28,340 nucleotides of DNA, taken from positions 1 to 28,340 of the IMG/VR virus record IMGVR_UViG_3300011971_000007; one strand, 5' to 3'. This DNA comes from a virus (taxonomy: Duplodnaviria; Caudoviricetes). Below, piece after piece: positions 1 to 6,630 of this stretch; the first letter of the stretch is position 1; the number at the start of each line of letters is the position of its first letter. The notes beneath the pieces were generated by a model. That model saw only the letters and a program-made list of their open reading frames with translations. It did not search any database and was not told where the DNA came from. The position numbers and the translations under genes were made by a program.

Positions 1-23
1 CACCTAGACACTTTTGGAGTATA

Positions 24-50
24 GGAAAAGCACCACTCGTCAGTGATGCT
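24..50 (-). terminator. Probable intrinsic terminator of the leftward operon
   Basis: Minus strand reads AGCATCACT-GACG-AGTGGTGCT followed by TTTCC, about 20 nt after the stop of 70..201. Confidence 0.55.
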
Positions 51-69
51 CTCTGCGCTTCCTATGCTA

Positions 70-201
70 CTACAGGTAATCCCAATTAGCTTCATCCAAA
101 CTCATGTTATACTTACCCAACACCTCTTCCAGGTCTGCCATGATCTTGTCAGCCAACTCATGTTCCACATCTTCCTCTACTGTAAACTCAAACAGCGTCA
201 T
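70..201 (-). CDS. Small acidic hypothetical protein (43 aa; not in the ORF track)
   Basis: Translates as MTLFEFTVEEDVEHELADKIMADLEEVLGKYNMSLDEANWDYL, with 13 D/E against 2 K. Its start overlaps the stop of 198..401 (ATGA). Confidence 0.7.
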   Translation of the reverse strand: MTLFEFTVEEDVEHELADKIMADLEEVLGKYNMSLDEANWDYL

Positions 202-401
202 ACCTTCCACCTATGGAATGGGTCAAACATAAACGTAATAGATGTTCGCCAATCCCAACCACTCTGCCAACTTCCATTTTGATCGTGTACTACATCTGCT
301 GATACCACCACTAACCAACCCCAAGGTACTCTAGTTCTGAACATCGAATCTGCAAGATCATGTTTAATTGGTTCGAACACAAGCTTCTTCTCTTCGTTCA
401 T
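198..401 (-). CDS. Hypothetical phage protein (67 aa)
   Basis: GGGAGG RBS upstream and ATGA overlaps at both ends. Confidence 0.75.
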   Translation of the reverse strand: MNEEKKLVFEPIKHDLADSMFRTRVPWGWLVVVSADVVHDQNGSWQSGWDWRTSITFMFDPFHRWKV

Positions 402-574
402 TTTGACAACCTCCCATATGACTTCAATACTTCCTTACTAAGGGCTATTACATCAAAACCTGTTAAGCCTCTCTTTACCTGGCTTCCTCTATATAGCAGC
501 CATTTACCATCCTCTAGATAGTGCAACCAACCTGCTTCATAGAGGATATCAAAGGCTTTCGCTAGAGCTATCAT
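398..574 (-). CDS. Hypothetical protein (58 aa; not in the ORF track)
   Basis: Translates as MIALAKAFDILYEAGWLHYLEDGKWLLYRGSQVKRGLTGFDVIALSKEVLKSYGRLSK. It has a GGGAGG RBS and ATGA overlaps with both neighbours. Confidence 0.75.
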   Translation of the reverse strand: MIALAKAFDILYEAGWLHYLEDGKWLLYRGSQVKRGLTGFDVIALSKEVLKSYGRLSK

Positions 575-801
575 CCTGGTAACCTCCCATGTGGCTTTCT
601 GCCTACATTCAAACTGATTGCCAATGTAGATTCACTGTCCACTGTCCTCCAACCGTGGGATGAGCCTAACATCATCATCTTCCCAGAGTTTTTACTAGGC
701 TCACCATCAGGATCAATCTTGATGCTGATAGTAAGGATATGAGACTTGGAGTGGTATACTACTGTCATATCATCCTTACGATCCATAGCCTGTTCTAACA
801 T
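571..801 (-). CDS. Hypothetical phage protein (76 aa)
   Basis: GAGGAG RBS and coupling to both neighbours. Likely beta-rich (LTISIKID..PSKNSGK..LGSSHG..ISLNV). Confidence 0.7.
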   Translation of the reverse strand: MLEQAMDRKDDMTVVYHSKSHILTISIKIDPDGEPSKNSGKMMMLGSSHGWRTVDSESTLAISLNVGRKPHGRLPG

Positions 802-1151
802 TGCTGCATCTCCTCTTCTTCCACTTCTACTTGGGTCATGATCACTTTAGTTATGGCATTTAGTACATTCTCTAATCCAACAGGGTTGGTCATTATCACT
901 TCCACTCGATCTAACCAATCATTCAGCCAATCCTCAGTAGCATCGAACAGCCCCTCATCCTTATCGCGATCACCATTAACACAGTACATGGAATCTTCAA
1001 ACGGCCAACATACTGCAAACTCTGGAAAGGACATCTTCATCCCAGCAGTGAGTTTAAGATCATAGAACCTTTTTAGCATTTCAGGCAACTGTTCATTGAG
1101 GTGTAAGATAGCTTGAGGTTTCAGAGCATTGATCTGTTCCTTAGTTAGCAT
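795..1151 (-). CDS. Hypothetical acidic protein (118 aa)
   Basis: AAGGAGG RBS, located within the tightly packed minus-strand operon. Confidence 0.8.
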   Translation of the reverse strand: MLTKEQINALKPQAILHLNEQLPEMLKRFYDLKLTAGMKMSFPEFAVCWPFEDSMYCVNGDRDKDEGLFDATEDWLNDWLDRVEVIMTNPVGLENVLNAITKVIMTQVEVEEEEMQQC

Positions 1152-1252
1152 GAGAGGTACCTCCTTGTGTCTTTAGTCAATGGCACGGTCTTTCTGATAT
1201 ATGCTAAGGATAGGTAGCATTCATGCAACTTAGCAATGAACTTGATTCTCAT
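1145..1252 (-). CDS. Small hypothetical protein (35 aa; not in the ORF track)
   Basis: Translates as MRIKFIAKLHECYLSLAYIRKTVPLTKDTRRYLSC. It has a very strong AAGGAGGAGG RBS and fills the gap between neighbours. Confidence 0.6.
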   Translation of the reverse strand: MRIKFIAKLHECYLSLAYIRKTVPLTKDTRRYLSC

Positions 1253-1278
1253 AGTTTATTCCTCCTCCTTCTATATAG

Positions 1279-1593
1279 TTAGCAAGCGTGCGATTCAGTC
1301 TCATCCTCAAGTCGTTCTGCCCAACTACGAATCAGTGGTCTCAGTGTTCGTTTACTGTAGGTCATTGGTCTTAAGCAGGTAGGGCATAATGGTTTACGAT
1401 CACGACTAAAGGTTTGCAGCATTGTCTGCCTAGCCCAGGTTCCACATTGACACTCATAAGTAGGGGTGGTTACATAAGTAATCATCTTCTTAGGAAGATC
1501 AGGGCGATTGCCCTTACCTTCCACTGAGAACCGTTCACCAATGAAACTGATCTTTTTAGGGATTATCTCTAACGCTTGCTTTGCCATCTTCAA
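1279..1593 (-). CDS. Putative zinc-ribbon protein
   Basis: YECQCG...PLCPTC motif (CxC plus CxxC) and a GAGGAGGAG RBS. Confidence 0.7.
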   Translation of the reverse strand: MKMAKQALEIIPKKISFIGERFSVEGKGNRPDLPKKMITYVTTPTYECQCGTWARQTMLQTFSRDRKPLCPTCLRPMTYSKRTLRPLIRSWAERLEDETESHAC

Positions 1594-1612
1594 TCTCTCC
1601 TCCTCTTACGTT

Positions 1613-2203
1613 CTATTTAATCAGTGCATCGATCTGTTCATCAGTCACATTTCCATACTGTTCAAGGTCTGCCTCCAAGTCACCATCCAGATCCTTAGGA
1701 GTAGTATCCAAAGCATCTACCTCTATCCATTTGACTGCTTCTATCCATTTGACTGCTTCTACACGTTTACTCCTGAGCACTTTGACCATTTTCCGTTCCT
1801 CTGGTCTGATCCAGTACTTATGTGTTCCCAACCATAACTTTATGGCTTCTGAAGGAGTTTCTGCAACGATCCATTCATCCCGATCCCTAAGATAGTCTTG
1901 ATCTGCGAAGTCAGGATAGTGAACGCCTACACGATACTGGTACACACGATCTTTTTCAAGTTCCTGCATACACTTCAATGATATCTGGATGCGATCTAGA
2001 ACTCCTTCCAGCTGTCTTTCTAGCATCTCGAAGTTGTTCAGGTGATACATTTCGTTGTCTGAGATATTACCTTGAGTTTCCTGGTTTTGCCCTTCTATAT
2101 GTTTAGCTAGCCTAACGTCACTTCTTAGGTTCTCTAAAGTTTCCTTAGCTCCCACAAGCATCTGGTAGTTCCATATATCATCAGTTCTAATCATTGTTAG
2201 CAC
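1613..2203 (-). CDS. Hypothetical protein (helical N-terminus, acidic C-terminus)
   Basis: Long ORF within the operon with an AAGGAG RBS. The true start may be a few codons in. Confidence 0.8.
   Translation of the reverse strand: MLTMIRTDDIWNYQMLVGAKETLENLRSDVRLAKHIEGQNQETQGNISDNEMYHLNNFEMLERQLEGVLDRIQISLKCMQELEKDRVYQYRVGVHYPDFADQDYLRDRDEWIVAETPSEAIKLWLGTHKYWIRPEERKMVKVLRSKRVEAVKWIEAVKWIEVDALDTTPKDLDGDLEADLEQYGNVTDEQIDALIK
1722..1757. repeat. In-frame 18-bp tandem duplication
   Basis: TCTATCCATTTGACTGCT x2, encoding AVKWIE twice in 1613..2203. Confidence 0.9.
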
Positions 2204-2369
2204 GCTCCTTCGTTTGTTTGATCTTCCAAGCAGTATATTCGTACTGCACAGCTTCAGAGTTACACTTAGTACAATTACATCCTTGCCAATCGCATGGTCT
2301 GTTGCCCGTCATTGGATCTGCTTTGCAAAACTTCAGGTCTAGGTAGGTTTCCCAGTTGATCATTGTCAT
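2187..2369 (-). CDS. Small Cys-rich protein (possible metal binding)
   Basis: FCKADPMTGNRPCDWQGCNCTKC, with an AGGAGG RBS. Confidence 0.7.
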   Translation of the reverse strand: MTMINWETYLDLKFCKADPMTGNRPCDWQGCNCTKCNSEAVQYEYTAWKIKQTKERANND

Positions 2370-2463
2370 TACTTGAGACCCTCCTTGCTGCTACCCTATC
2401 CATAGCTACTACAAGTCTGGCTTTAGCAGCCAAGTCCACACGTTTGCGGCCAGTGATCGTCAT
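2275..2463 (-). CDS. Hypothetical basic protein (3' end uncertain)
   Basis: AAGGAGG RBS and ATGA coupling to 2460..2771, but it overlaps the next gene by 95 nt. Confidence 0.4.
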   Translation of the reverse strand: MTITGRKRVDLAAKARLVVAMDRVAARRVSSNDNDQLGNLPRPEVLQSRSNDGQQTMRLARM

Positions 2464-2771
2464 ACTGTACCCTCCTTACGTTTCTTGTGTGCCTTAACAA
2501 CTGAGTATACAAAGGAGTAATCTAGTCCAAGTTCCTTCTTGATCTCTGCAACGGTCTGACCCTGATCAAACAACTCGCGAATCTGTCCAGAGGTCGAATT
2601 GGCACGTACCGTAGTTGTCTTATCATTGGTAGCACCACGATGTCTTTGGACAACTCCATAGACAAACGAGTAATTGGAATTCAGTTCTTTTGCAATTTCT
2701 GCAACCGTTTTGCCCTCATCAGTTAGTTGACGAATGATTGAGGACTTACTGTTGGGTTGTATATTAGCCAT
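2460..2771 (-). CDS. Tandem helix-turn-helix protein, paralogue 1 (two modules)
   Basis: SKSSIIRQLTDEGKTVAEIAKELNSNYSFVYGVV and STSGQIRELFDQGQTVAEIKKELGLDYSFVYSVV, matching the GxT-xxEIAKEL tri-helical HTH pattern. Confidence 0.85.
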   Translation of the reverse strand: MANIQPNSKSSIIRQLTDEGKTVAEIAKELNSNYSFVYGVVQRHRGATNDKTTTVRANSTSGQIRELFDQGQTVAEIKKELGLDYSFVYSVVKAHKKRKEGTV

Positions 2772-3005
2772 TTAGTTCATCATCCCTTCTTTGTACTGCT
2801 CAATTGTCATTGCTCCCTCATCTTCGTTCGTAACCCAAGGTTGTTCCTCTGGATCAGATGGAACAGTAATGTACGAACCATCGAGTAGCGAGTATATATG
2901 GTCTACACCATTTAGTTCGTACTCTTCAACAAGTTCTGCTAGGCCTAGATCACGTACTAGTTCATCAGCCTGTTCCATTGTTCTGCCCTTAGTAGGGTTG
3001 GTCAT
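2772..3005 (-). CDS. Small acidic hypothetical protein (77 aa), first gene of the leftward operon
   Basis: GGAGGTG RBS; 18 D/E against 4 K/R. Confidence 0.8.
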   Translation of the reverse strand: MTNPTKGRTMEQADELVRDLGLAELVEEYELNGVDHIYSLLDGSYITVPSDPEEQPWVTNEDEGAMTIEQYKEGMMN

Positions 3006-3073
3006 ATTAACACCTCCATAATTTATAGGTCAATCTACCTGTCCTTACCTAACCTATAATTGACCTTATATAT

Positions 3074-3102
3074 AGTATACTATATTCCCACCCATTTGAC
3101 AA
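3074..3102 (-). promoter_or_regulatory. SigmaA-type promoter P1
   Basis: TTGTCA-N17-TATACT on the minus strand. The -10 lies in the palindrome ATATAGTATACTATAT. Segment 3061-3127 is a close copy of about 3866-3934. Confidence 0.8.
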
Positions 3103-3144
3103 CGGGTAAAAGAGACCAACTTTATTCCATGCCGATTGTACCTC

Positions 3145-3410
3145 GTTTTATAGGCCACCAGGCATTGTCGTATCCCGAAGTTTTATAGGTGTGCATCGAA
3201 GTATAAACCTACGTAGTTTTATGGGTGTCCAGATAGTCTGGAGGACACCAGGAGCACGTGCTGAGTGGCCAGTTGGCTCGAAAAGTCCGCTTCGCTAGCT
3301 GGACCTCAAACACTTCTAGCCGACCAGGACACGACTCCCTGGTGTCCTCTAAATCAACTAAGGTCCTCTAAATTAACCAGTATCCTCGGAATTAACTGGT
3401 GTCCTATTTA
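3145..3410. repeat. Repeat block A1: GTTTTATAGG and GGTGTCC/GGACACC motifs, a 12-bp inverted repeat and a 19-bp degenerate tandem
   Basis: GTTTTATAGG at 3145 and 3180, with a variant at 3216. GAGGACACCAGG (3241-3252) is inverted against 3338-3349. RTCCTC..AATYAAC units start at 3344, 3363 and 3382, with a partial unit at 3401. Confidence 0.85.
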
Positions 3411-3414
3411 TTAA

Positions 3415-3445
3415 TAAAAGGAAAGACCAGTCAATGCTGGTCTCC
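3415..3445 (-). terminator. Intrinsic terminator after HTH paralogue 2
   Basis: Minus strand reads AGACCAG-CATTGA-CTGGTCT then TTCCTTTT. Confidence 0.7.
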
Positions 3446-3455
3446 AAAGTAAGTT

Positions 3456-3818
3456 CTATTCTTTTGCAAGTGATATTGGAGCTGTGATAACTACTACTGG
3501 TTTAGTTGCTGCTGCTGGTTCAGATTGTCTATATTTCTCAACAACTGTCCATACATACGAGTAGTTACTATTCAGTTCCTTACTGATCTCCCCAATAGTC
3601 TTACCTGTATCCCACATTGATCTAATCAGCTCTGACTTGCCACCCTTAGCAGATGCAACCATTGGAGTACCAGTTTTGTCAGACTCCTTCTTAACAACTC
3701 CGTACACGAAGGAATAATTACAGTTCATCTCTTTAGCAATCTGGGCGACAGTACAACCCTCGTGGTACATTTCACGAATAGTGGAAGACTTAGAAGTAGC
3801 AGTGTTGTTAGCAGTCAT
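3456..3818 (-). CDS. Tandem HTH protein, paralogue 2 (two modules)
   Basis: SKSSTIREMYHEGCTVAQIAKEMNCNYSFVYGVV and GKSELIRSMWDTGKTIGEISKELNSNYSYVWTVV, with a GGGAGG RBS. Confidence 0.88.
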   Translation of the reverse strand: MTANNTATSKSSTIREMYHEGCTVAQIAKEMNCNYSFVYGVVKKESDKTGTPMVASAKGGKSELIRSMWDTGKTIGEISKELNSNYSYVWTVVEKYRQSEPAAATKPVVVITAPISLAKE

Positions 3819-3878
3819 TAGAATGACCTCCCATTAGTTGTAGTAGTGCAGATATCTCTTATATCTGACCCTATATAT

Positions 3879-3907
3879 AGTATACTATATTCCATATCAA
3901 ATGACAA
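3879..3907 (-). promoter_or_regulatory. SigmaA-type promoter P2
   Basis: TTGTCA-N17-TATACT on the minus strand, a near-duplicate of P1. Confidence 0.8.
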
Positions 3908-4054
3908 CGGGCAAAAAGGACTAACTTTTAATTCACTACTGCACTATTCCGTTTGGGCCTAGGACACCACGAACTGGTCTTGTGGTCACTTAGACAGTTT
4001 GAACTTCCGAACGTCTTTTCCAGATATTGGAAAAATTGTCAGATATTTGAAGTT

Positions 4055-4088
4055 TTGCCTATTATTTCCAATTAAAATATAGTATAAT
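4055..4088 (+). promoter_or_regulatory. Probable promoter P3 (divergent from P2)
   Basis: TTGCCT-N17-TATAGT, with an overlapping ATATAG-TATAAT. An 8-bp hairpin TATAAGGA/TCCTTATA follows at 4094-4116. Confidence 0.6.
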
Positions 4089-4142
4089 AAGGGTATAAGG
4101 AGAGAAAGTCCTTATAAAGTATAGAAAAGGGAGTTGTTGAAC

Positions 4143-4763
4143 ATGCAAACTATTCAAAGTGCAACTCAACTTGAGCTTGACAGAATTGTAGATGAGATAG
4201 CAAGTTTATGGAAGATGAATTATGTGGTTTGTGCTGGAATTATTAGAGAGTACTTAGTTAAAGCTGGAGTAGTAAAGGCTACAGATGATGAGAAGGTCGC
4301 AGTGACCCTAATTCCTAGCCCAGTCCTTACAATGCCTGATCTCACAGTCCCTACTGCACAAGAAGTGGTAGAGGAAACCATAGTATTATCTACATCACCT
4401 ATATCCACGGGAGTATCAGAAAAGTTTATGGAGGCTATTACTGCAGCAGTTGAGTTTGTATTACCTATCCCAGAGTTAGTAGAAGAACAAGTAGCAGTAG
4501 CAGTGGAAGTAGCACCAGTTGAGGATCCAAGACCATGCATACCTAATGTGCCTCTTCCTGCTGATCCTACTGAGAAAACCACAAAGTCTGAAATTATCAG
4601 ACAAATGTTCGATCAGGGTATATCAGTGGGCAAGATAAGTAGAGATCTGAAGAGTAACTACAGTTATGTATGGGCTGTTGTGGACACTTATAAAGCTGTT
4701 CTTGCGCGACAAAAGGCAGAAAGTGCTGAAGCTACTGTGAAAGGAGATGCTTCAGGATGCTAA
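4143..4763 (+). CDS. HTH paralogue 3: helical N-terminus, acidic V/E/P-rich linker, single C-terminal HTH module
   Basis: The AAGGGAG RBS favours ATG 4143. The C-terminal TKSEIIRQMFDQGISVGKISRDLKSNYSYVWAVV matches the family. Confidence 0.82.
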   Translation: MQTIQSATQLELDRIVDEIASLWKMNYVVCAGIIREYLVKAGVVKATDDEKVAVTLIPSPVLTMPDLTVPTAQEVVEETIVLSTSPISTGVSEKFMEAITAAVEFVLPIPELVEEQVAVAVEVAPVEDPRPCIPNVPLPADPTEKTTKSEIIRQMFDQGISVGKISRDLKSNYSYVWAVVDTYKAVLARQKAESAEATVKGDASGC

Positions 4764-4867
4764 AGAAGGTAGGTATTGTAGTAGGTTGTGTCCTACTAAT
4801 AGTAGCAACATTATTCATAGTTATTGTGATGTCTAAGATCATAGGTGCTGTATGGGCAGTTAAATAA
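4757..4867 (+). CDS. Small membrane peptide (36 aa; not in the ORF track)
   Basis: Translates as MLKKVGIVVGCVLLIVATLFIVIVMSKIIGAVWAVK. AAGGAG RBS at 4741; overlaps the upstream stop. Confidence 0.65.
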   Translation: MLKKVGIVVGCVLLIVATLFIVIVMSKIIGAVWAVK

Positions 4868-4881
4868 GCTACCAAAGGGTG

Positions 4882-4900
4882 GAGCTGCAGAGCAGCTCTT
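4882..4900 (+). terminator. Hairpin, possible terminator
   Basis: GAGCTGC-AGA-GCAGCTC with only a weak T-tract. Confidence 0.45.
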
Positions 4901-4906
4901 ATCCTA

Positions 4907-4990
4907 TGTCGTTTTATAGGTGTCCCAGCGTAGTTGGGTCGGATGCGAACGTTTTAAGGTGTCCATCATTAGTCCCGAGGACACCAGGGC
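4907..4990. repeat. Repeat block A2
   Basis: GTTTTATAGGTGTCC at 4911, GTTTTAAGGTGTCC at 4951 and GAGGACACCAGG at 4977. It aligns with 3216-3252. Confidence 0.85.
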
Positions 4991-5051
4991 TACGTACGCT
5001 GGTGGTTAATAAGACCGTTAAACCCTTAGAACCGAGTTCTAGACCACTCTG

Positions 5052-5080
5052 TTGACATTCCTTCCAAAATGTAGTATGAT
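5052..5080 (+). promoter_or_regulatory. SigmaA-type promoter P4
   Basis: TTGACA-N17-TATGAT, with ATGTAG before the -10 as in P6 and P7. Confidence 0.85.
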
Positions 5081-5106
5081 TAGGATAGTAATAAGAAAGG
5101 AAGTGT

Positions 5107-5493
5107 ATGGACATGAGTTTCATTGAAAGACCAACTTCTATTTGTGAAGGTACAGTTTTGGAGATCAGGATAGCCTACGATGAGTATGGAATTGTGGGGA
5201 TACAACAAGCACCTCTAGATGACAAGGAATTTGATACTAAGCAGGCTATTATGGTGTTGGAAGCAGCATTATCAGTGCTGAAGGCAGATCAGGTTATTGA
5301 GAGACCAGACTACTATGTATACTTCAATCCAAGGTCTAGAGAGGTAGAAGTAGGGTCAATCATAGGTATGCCTTCATTCAAACTATCTGAGGATGACACG
5401 CTAGTGGATGTCTGCAGACTATCTAATAGAGAACTAAAAGAATGGGTAAGAACAGAACATTTAGCTTTACTGCAGCAGCATGGTTTAGTCTAA
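5107..5493 (+). CDS. Hypothetical acidic protein (128 aa)
   Basis: Has its own promoter, an AAAGGA RBS and a downstream hairpin. Confidence 0.8.
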   Translation: MDMSFIERPTSICEGTVLEIRIAYDEYGIVGIQQAPLDDKEFDTKQAIMVLEAALSVLKADQVIERPDYYVYFNPRSREVEVGSIIGMPSFKLSEDDTLVDVCRLSNRELKEWVRTEHLALLQQHGLV

Positions 5494-5501
5494 CTCCTAG
5501 G

Positions 5502-5521
5502 AGGGCCACAAGAGTGGCTCT
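5502..5521 (+). terminator. Hairpin, possible terminator
   Basis: AGGGCCAC-AAGA-GTGGCTCT just after the stop, with no clear T-tract. Confidence 0.4.
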
Positions 5522-5526
5522 ACCTG

Positions 5527-5650
5527 TGTCGTTTTATAGGTGTCCTATGCCACTCCTGGTGTGCATCGGTCGTTTTATAGCACACCATGAACGTTTTATA
5601 GGTGGGCATCCATGTAACTATGGACACCACGCAACACCGGTGCACACCAC
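5527..5650. repeat. Repeat block A3
   Basis: GTTTTATAGG at 5531 and 5593, with a variant at 5572. Inverted pair TGGTGTGC (5557) / GCACACCA (5580). GGACACC at 5621. Confidence 0.85.
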
Positions 5651-5651
5651 T

Positions 5652-5723
5652 TGGCGACGATGTCAGAATATTCTGAATATTGCAAATATTGCGAATATTT
5701 GGAATATTCCCACACCGTCGCCA
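5652..5723. repeat. 9-bp-period AATATT array 1 (5 units) inside an 8-bp inverted repeat
   Basis: cagaatatt ctgaatatt gcaaatatt gcgaatatt tggaatatt (5664-5708), flanked by TGGCGACG and CGTCGCCA. Confidence 0.92.
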
Positions 5724-5809
5724 TGGAGTTTAGTTGCTTAAACTGTTAACTGATTGGGAATTCTCAAAAGTCAACAGTTCTACAATAGTAAATTGCTATG
5801 ACAAAACTG

Positions 5810-5838
5810 TTTACTTCCTGAACGATGTATAGTATACT
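5810..5838 (+). promoter_or_regulatory. SigmaA-type promoter P5
   Basis: TTTACT-N17-TATACT, with TATAG before the -10. Confidence 0.7.
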
Positions 5839-5899
5839 TAGAGAGTCAGGAGTTAGTAATTAGTAGTTAGTAAATAAAGTAAAGAAAGAAGTTGAAGTT

Positions 5900-6184
5900 A
5901 TGAGTAAATCACAACAAATGAGAGATCTTCATGATTCAGGTTTAACTATTGCAGAAATTGCCAAACAAATGAACTGTAATTATTCGTTCTGTTATGGAAT
6001 CATACAGAAACATACTTCTAAGTTAGGATTAGAAATGAACAAAACTGTAAAAGGCAGTAAATCAACAACAATTAGAACAATGTATGATAATGGTTCAACT
6101 ATTGGAGATATAGCCAAAGAGTTAAATACAAACTACTCATATGTTTGGACTGTTGTAGAAAAACATAGAACTACTGTAGAGTAA
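5900..6184 (+). CDS. Tandem HTH protein, paralogue 4 (two modules)
   Basis: SKSQQMRDLHDSGLTIAEIAKQMNCNYSFCYGII and SKSTTIRTMYDNGSTIGDIAKELNTNYSYVWTVV. About 84% identical to 6955..7233 by manual alignment. Confidence 0.88.
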   Translation: MSKSQQMRDLHDSGLTIAEIAKQMNCNYSFCYGIIQKHTSKLGLEMNKTVKGSKSTTIRTMYDNGSTIGDIAKELNTNYSYVWTVVEKHRTTVE

Positions 6185-6209
6185 ATGTAAAGAATCAATC
6201 TTGACAAGT

Positions 6210-6243
6210 AGTAAGTTGTAGTTAGAAATAGCTACAACTTACT
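6210..6243 (+). terminator. Long hairpin, probable terminator
   Basis: AGTAAGTTGTAGTTA-GAAA-TAGCTACAACTTACT. Confidence 0.6.
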
Positions 6244-6288
6244 TCTAACTTCTAACAAAGACTTAATCCAAATAAGTACTACTTCTAA

Positions 6289-6342
6289 CTGAATATTCTG
6301 AATATTGCAAATATTCTAATTATTGTGAATATTCTGAATATT
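6289..6342. repeat. 9-bp-period AATATT array 2 (6 units)
   Basis: ctgaatatt ctgaatatt gcaaatatt ctaattatt gtgaatatt ctgaatatt. Confidence 0.92.
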
Positions 6343-6400
6343 CCCATAGTTTAGTAGTTTGTGAGTTTAGCAGTTTAGTCTACTAAACTTGGCGGAGGAA

Positions 6401-6454
6401 GGAACAATTCTGAATATTCTGAATATTCTGACTATTTGGAATATTCTGATAATT
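6401..6454. repeat. 9-bp-period AATATT array 3 (6 units)
   Basis: ggaacaatt ctgaatatt ctgaatatt ctgactatt tggaatatt ctgataatt. Confidence 0.9.
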
Positions 6455-6567
6455 CGCGCCTACGGAACTTTAGTTGCTTAACTGTTTAGCAGTTTAGTCG
6501 ACGAAAGCGAAAACCTAGCCGTCCCGCCGCTTAGCAGTCAAACAGGTTCCTGAAAATAAATACTTTG

Positions 6568-6596
6568 TTGACTTATCTCTCAGGATGTAGTATTAT
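6568..6596 (+). promoter_or_regulatory. SigmaA-type promoter P6
   Basis: TTGACT-N17-TATTAT. It shares GATGTAGTATTATATAGATAGGGA exactly with P7. Confidence 0.85.
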
Positions 6597-6630
6597 ATAG
6601 ATAGGGAAGAAATGAGAAGGAGTGATTGAG

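Noticed and set aside
3456-4763. Divergent HTH genes as a classical CI/Cro switch
   Set aside because: Both belong to the same family, neither looks XRE-type or has an S24 peptidase domain, and three more paralogues lie nearby. A switch role is not excluded, but the classical call is unsupported.
3145-5630. GTTTTATAG repeats as a CRISPR mini-array or solitary CRISPR repeats, since many Bacillota repeats start GTTTTA
   Set aside because: Conservation spans only 10-15 nt and the period is 21-41 nt. There is no 28-37 nt repeat with unique spacers and no GAAAC/GTAAAT-type 3' end.
5664-6454. AATATT arrays as coding repeats (the NILNIANIANIWNI stretch of ORF 5442..5741)
   Set aside because: The ORF has no RBS, overlaps the upstream gene and crosses a hairpin and a repeat block. 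Arrays 2 and 3 are in no listed ORF.
6440-6545. Possible hammerhead ribozyme (CTGATAA...CGAAA)
   Set aside because: The core is not CUGANGA and I could not build stems I-III.
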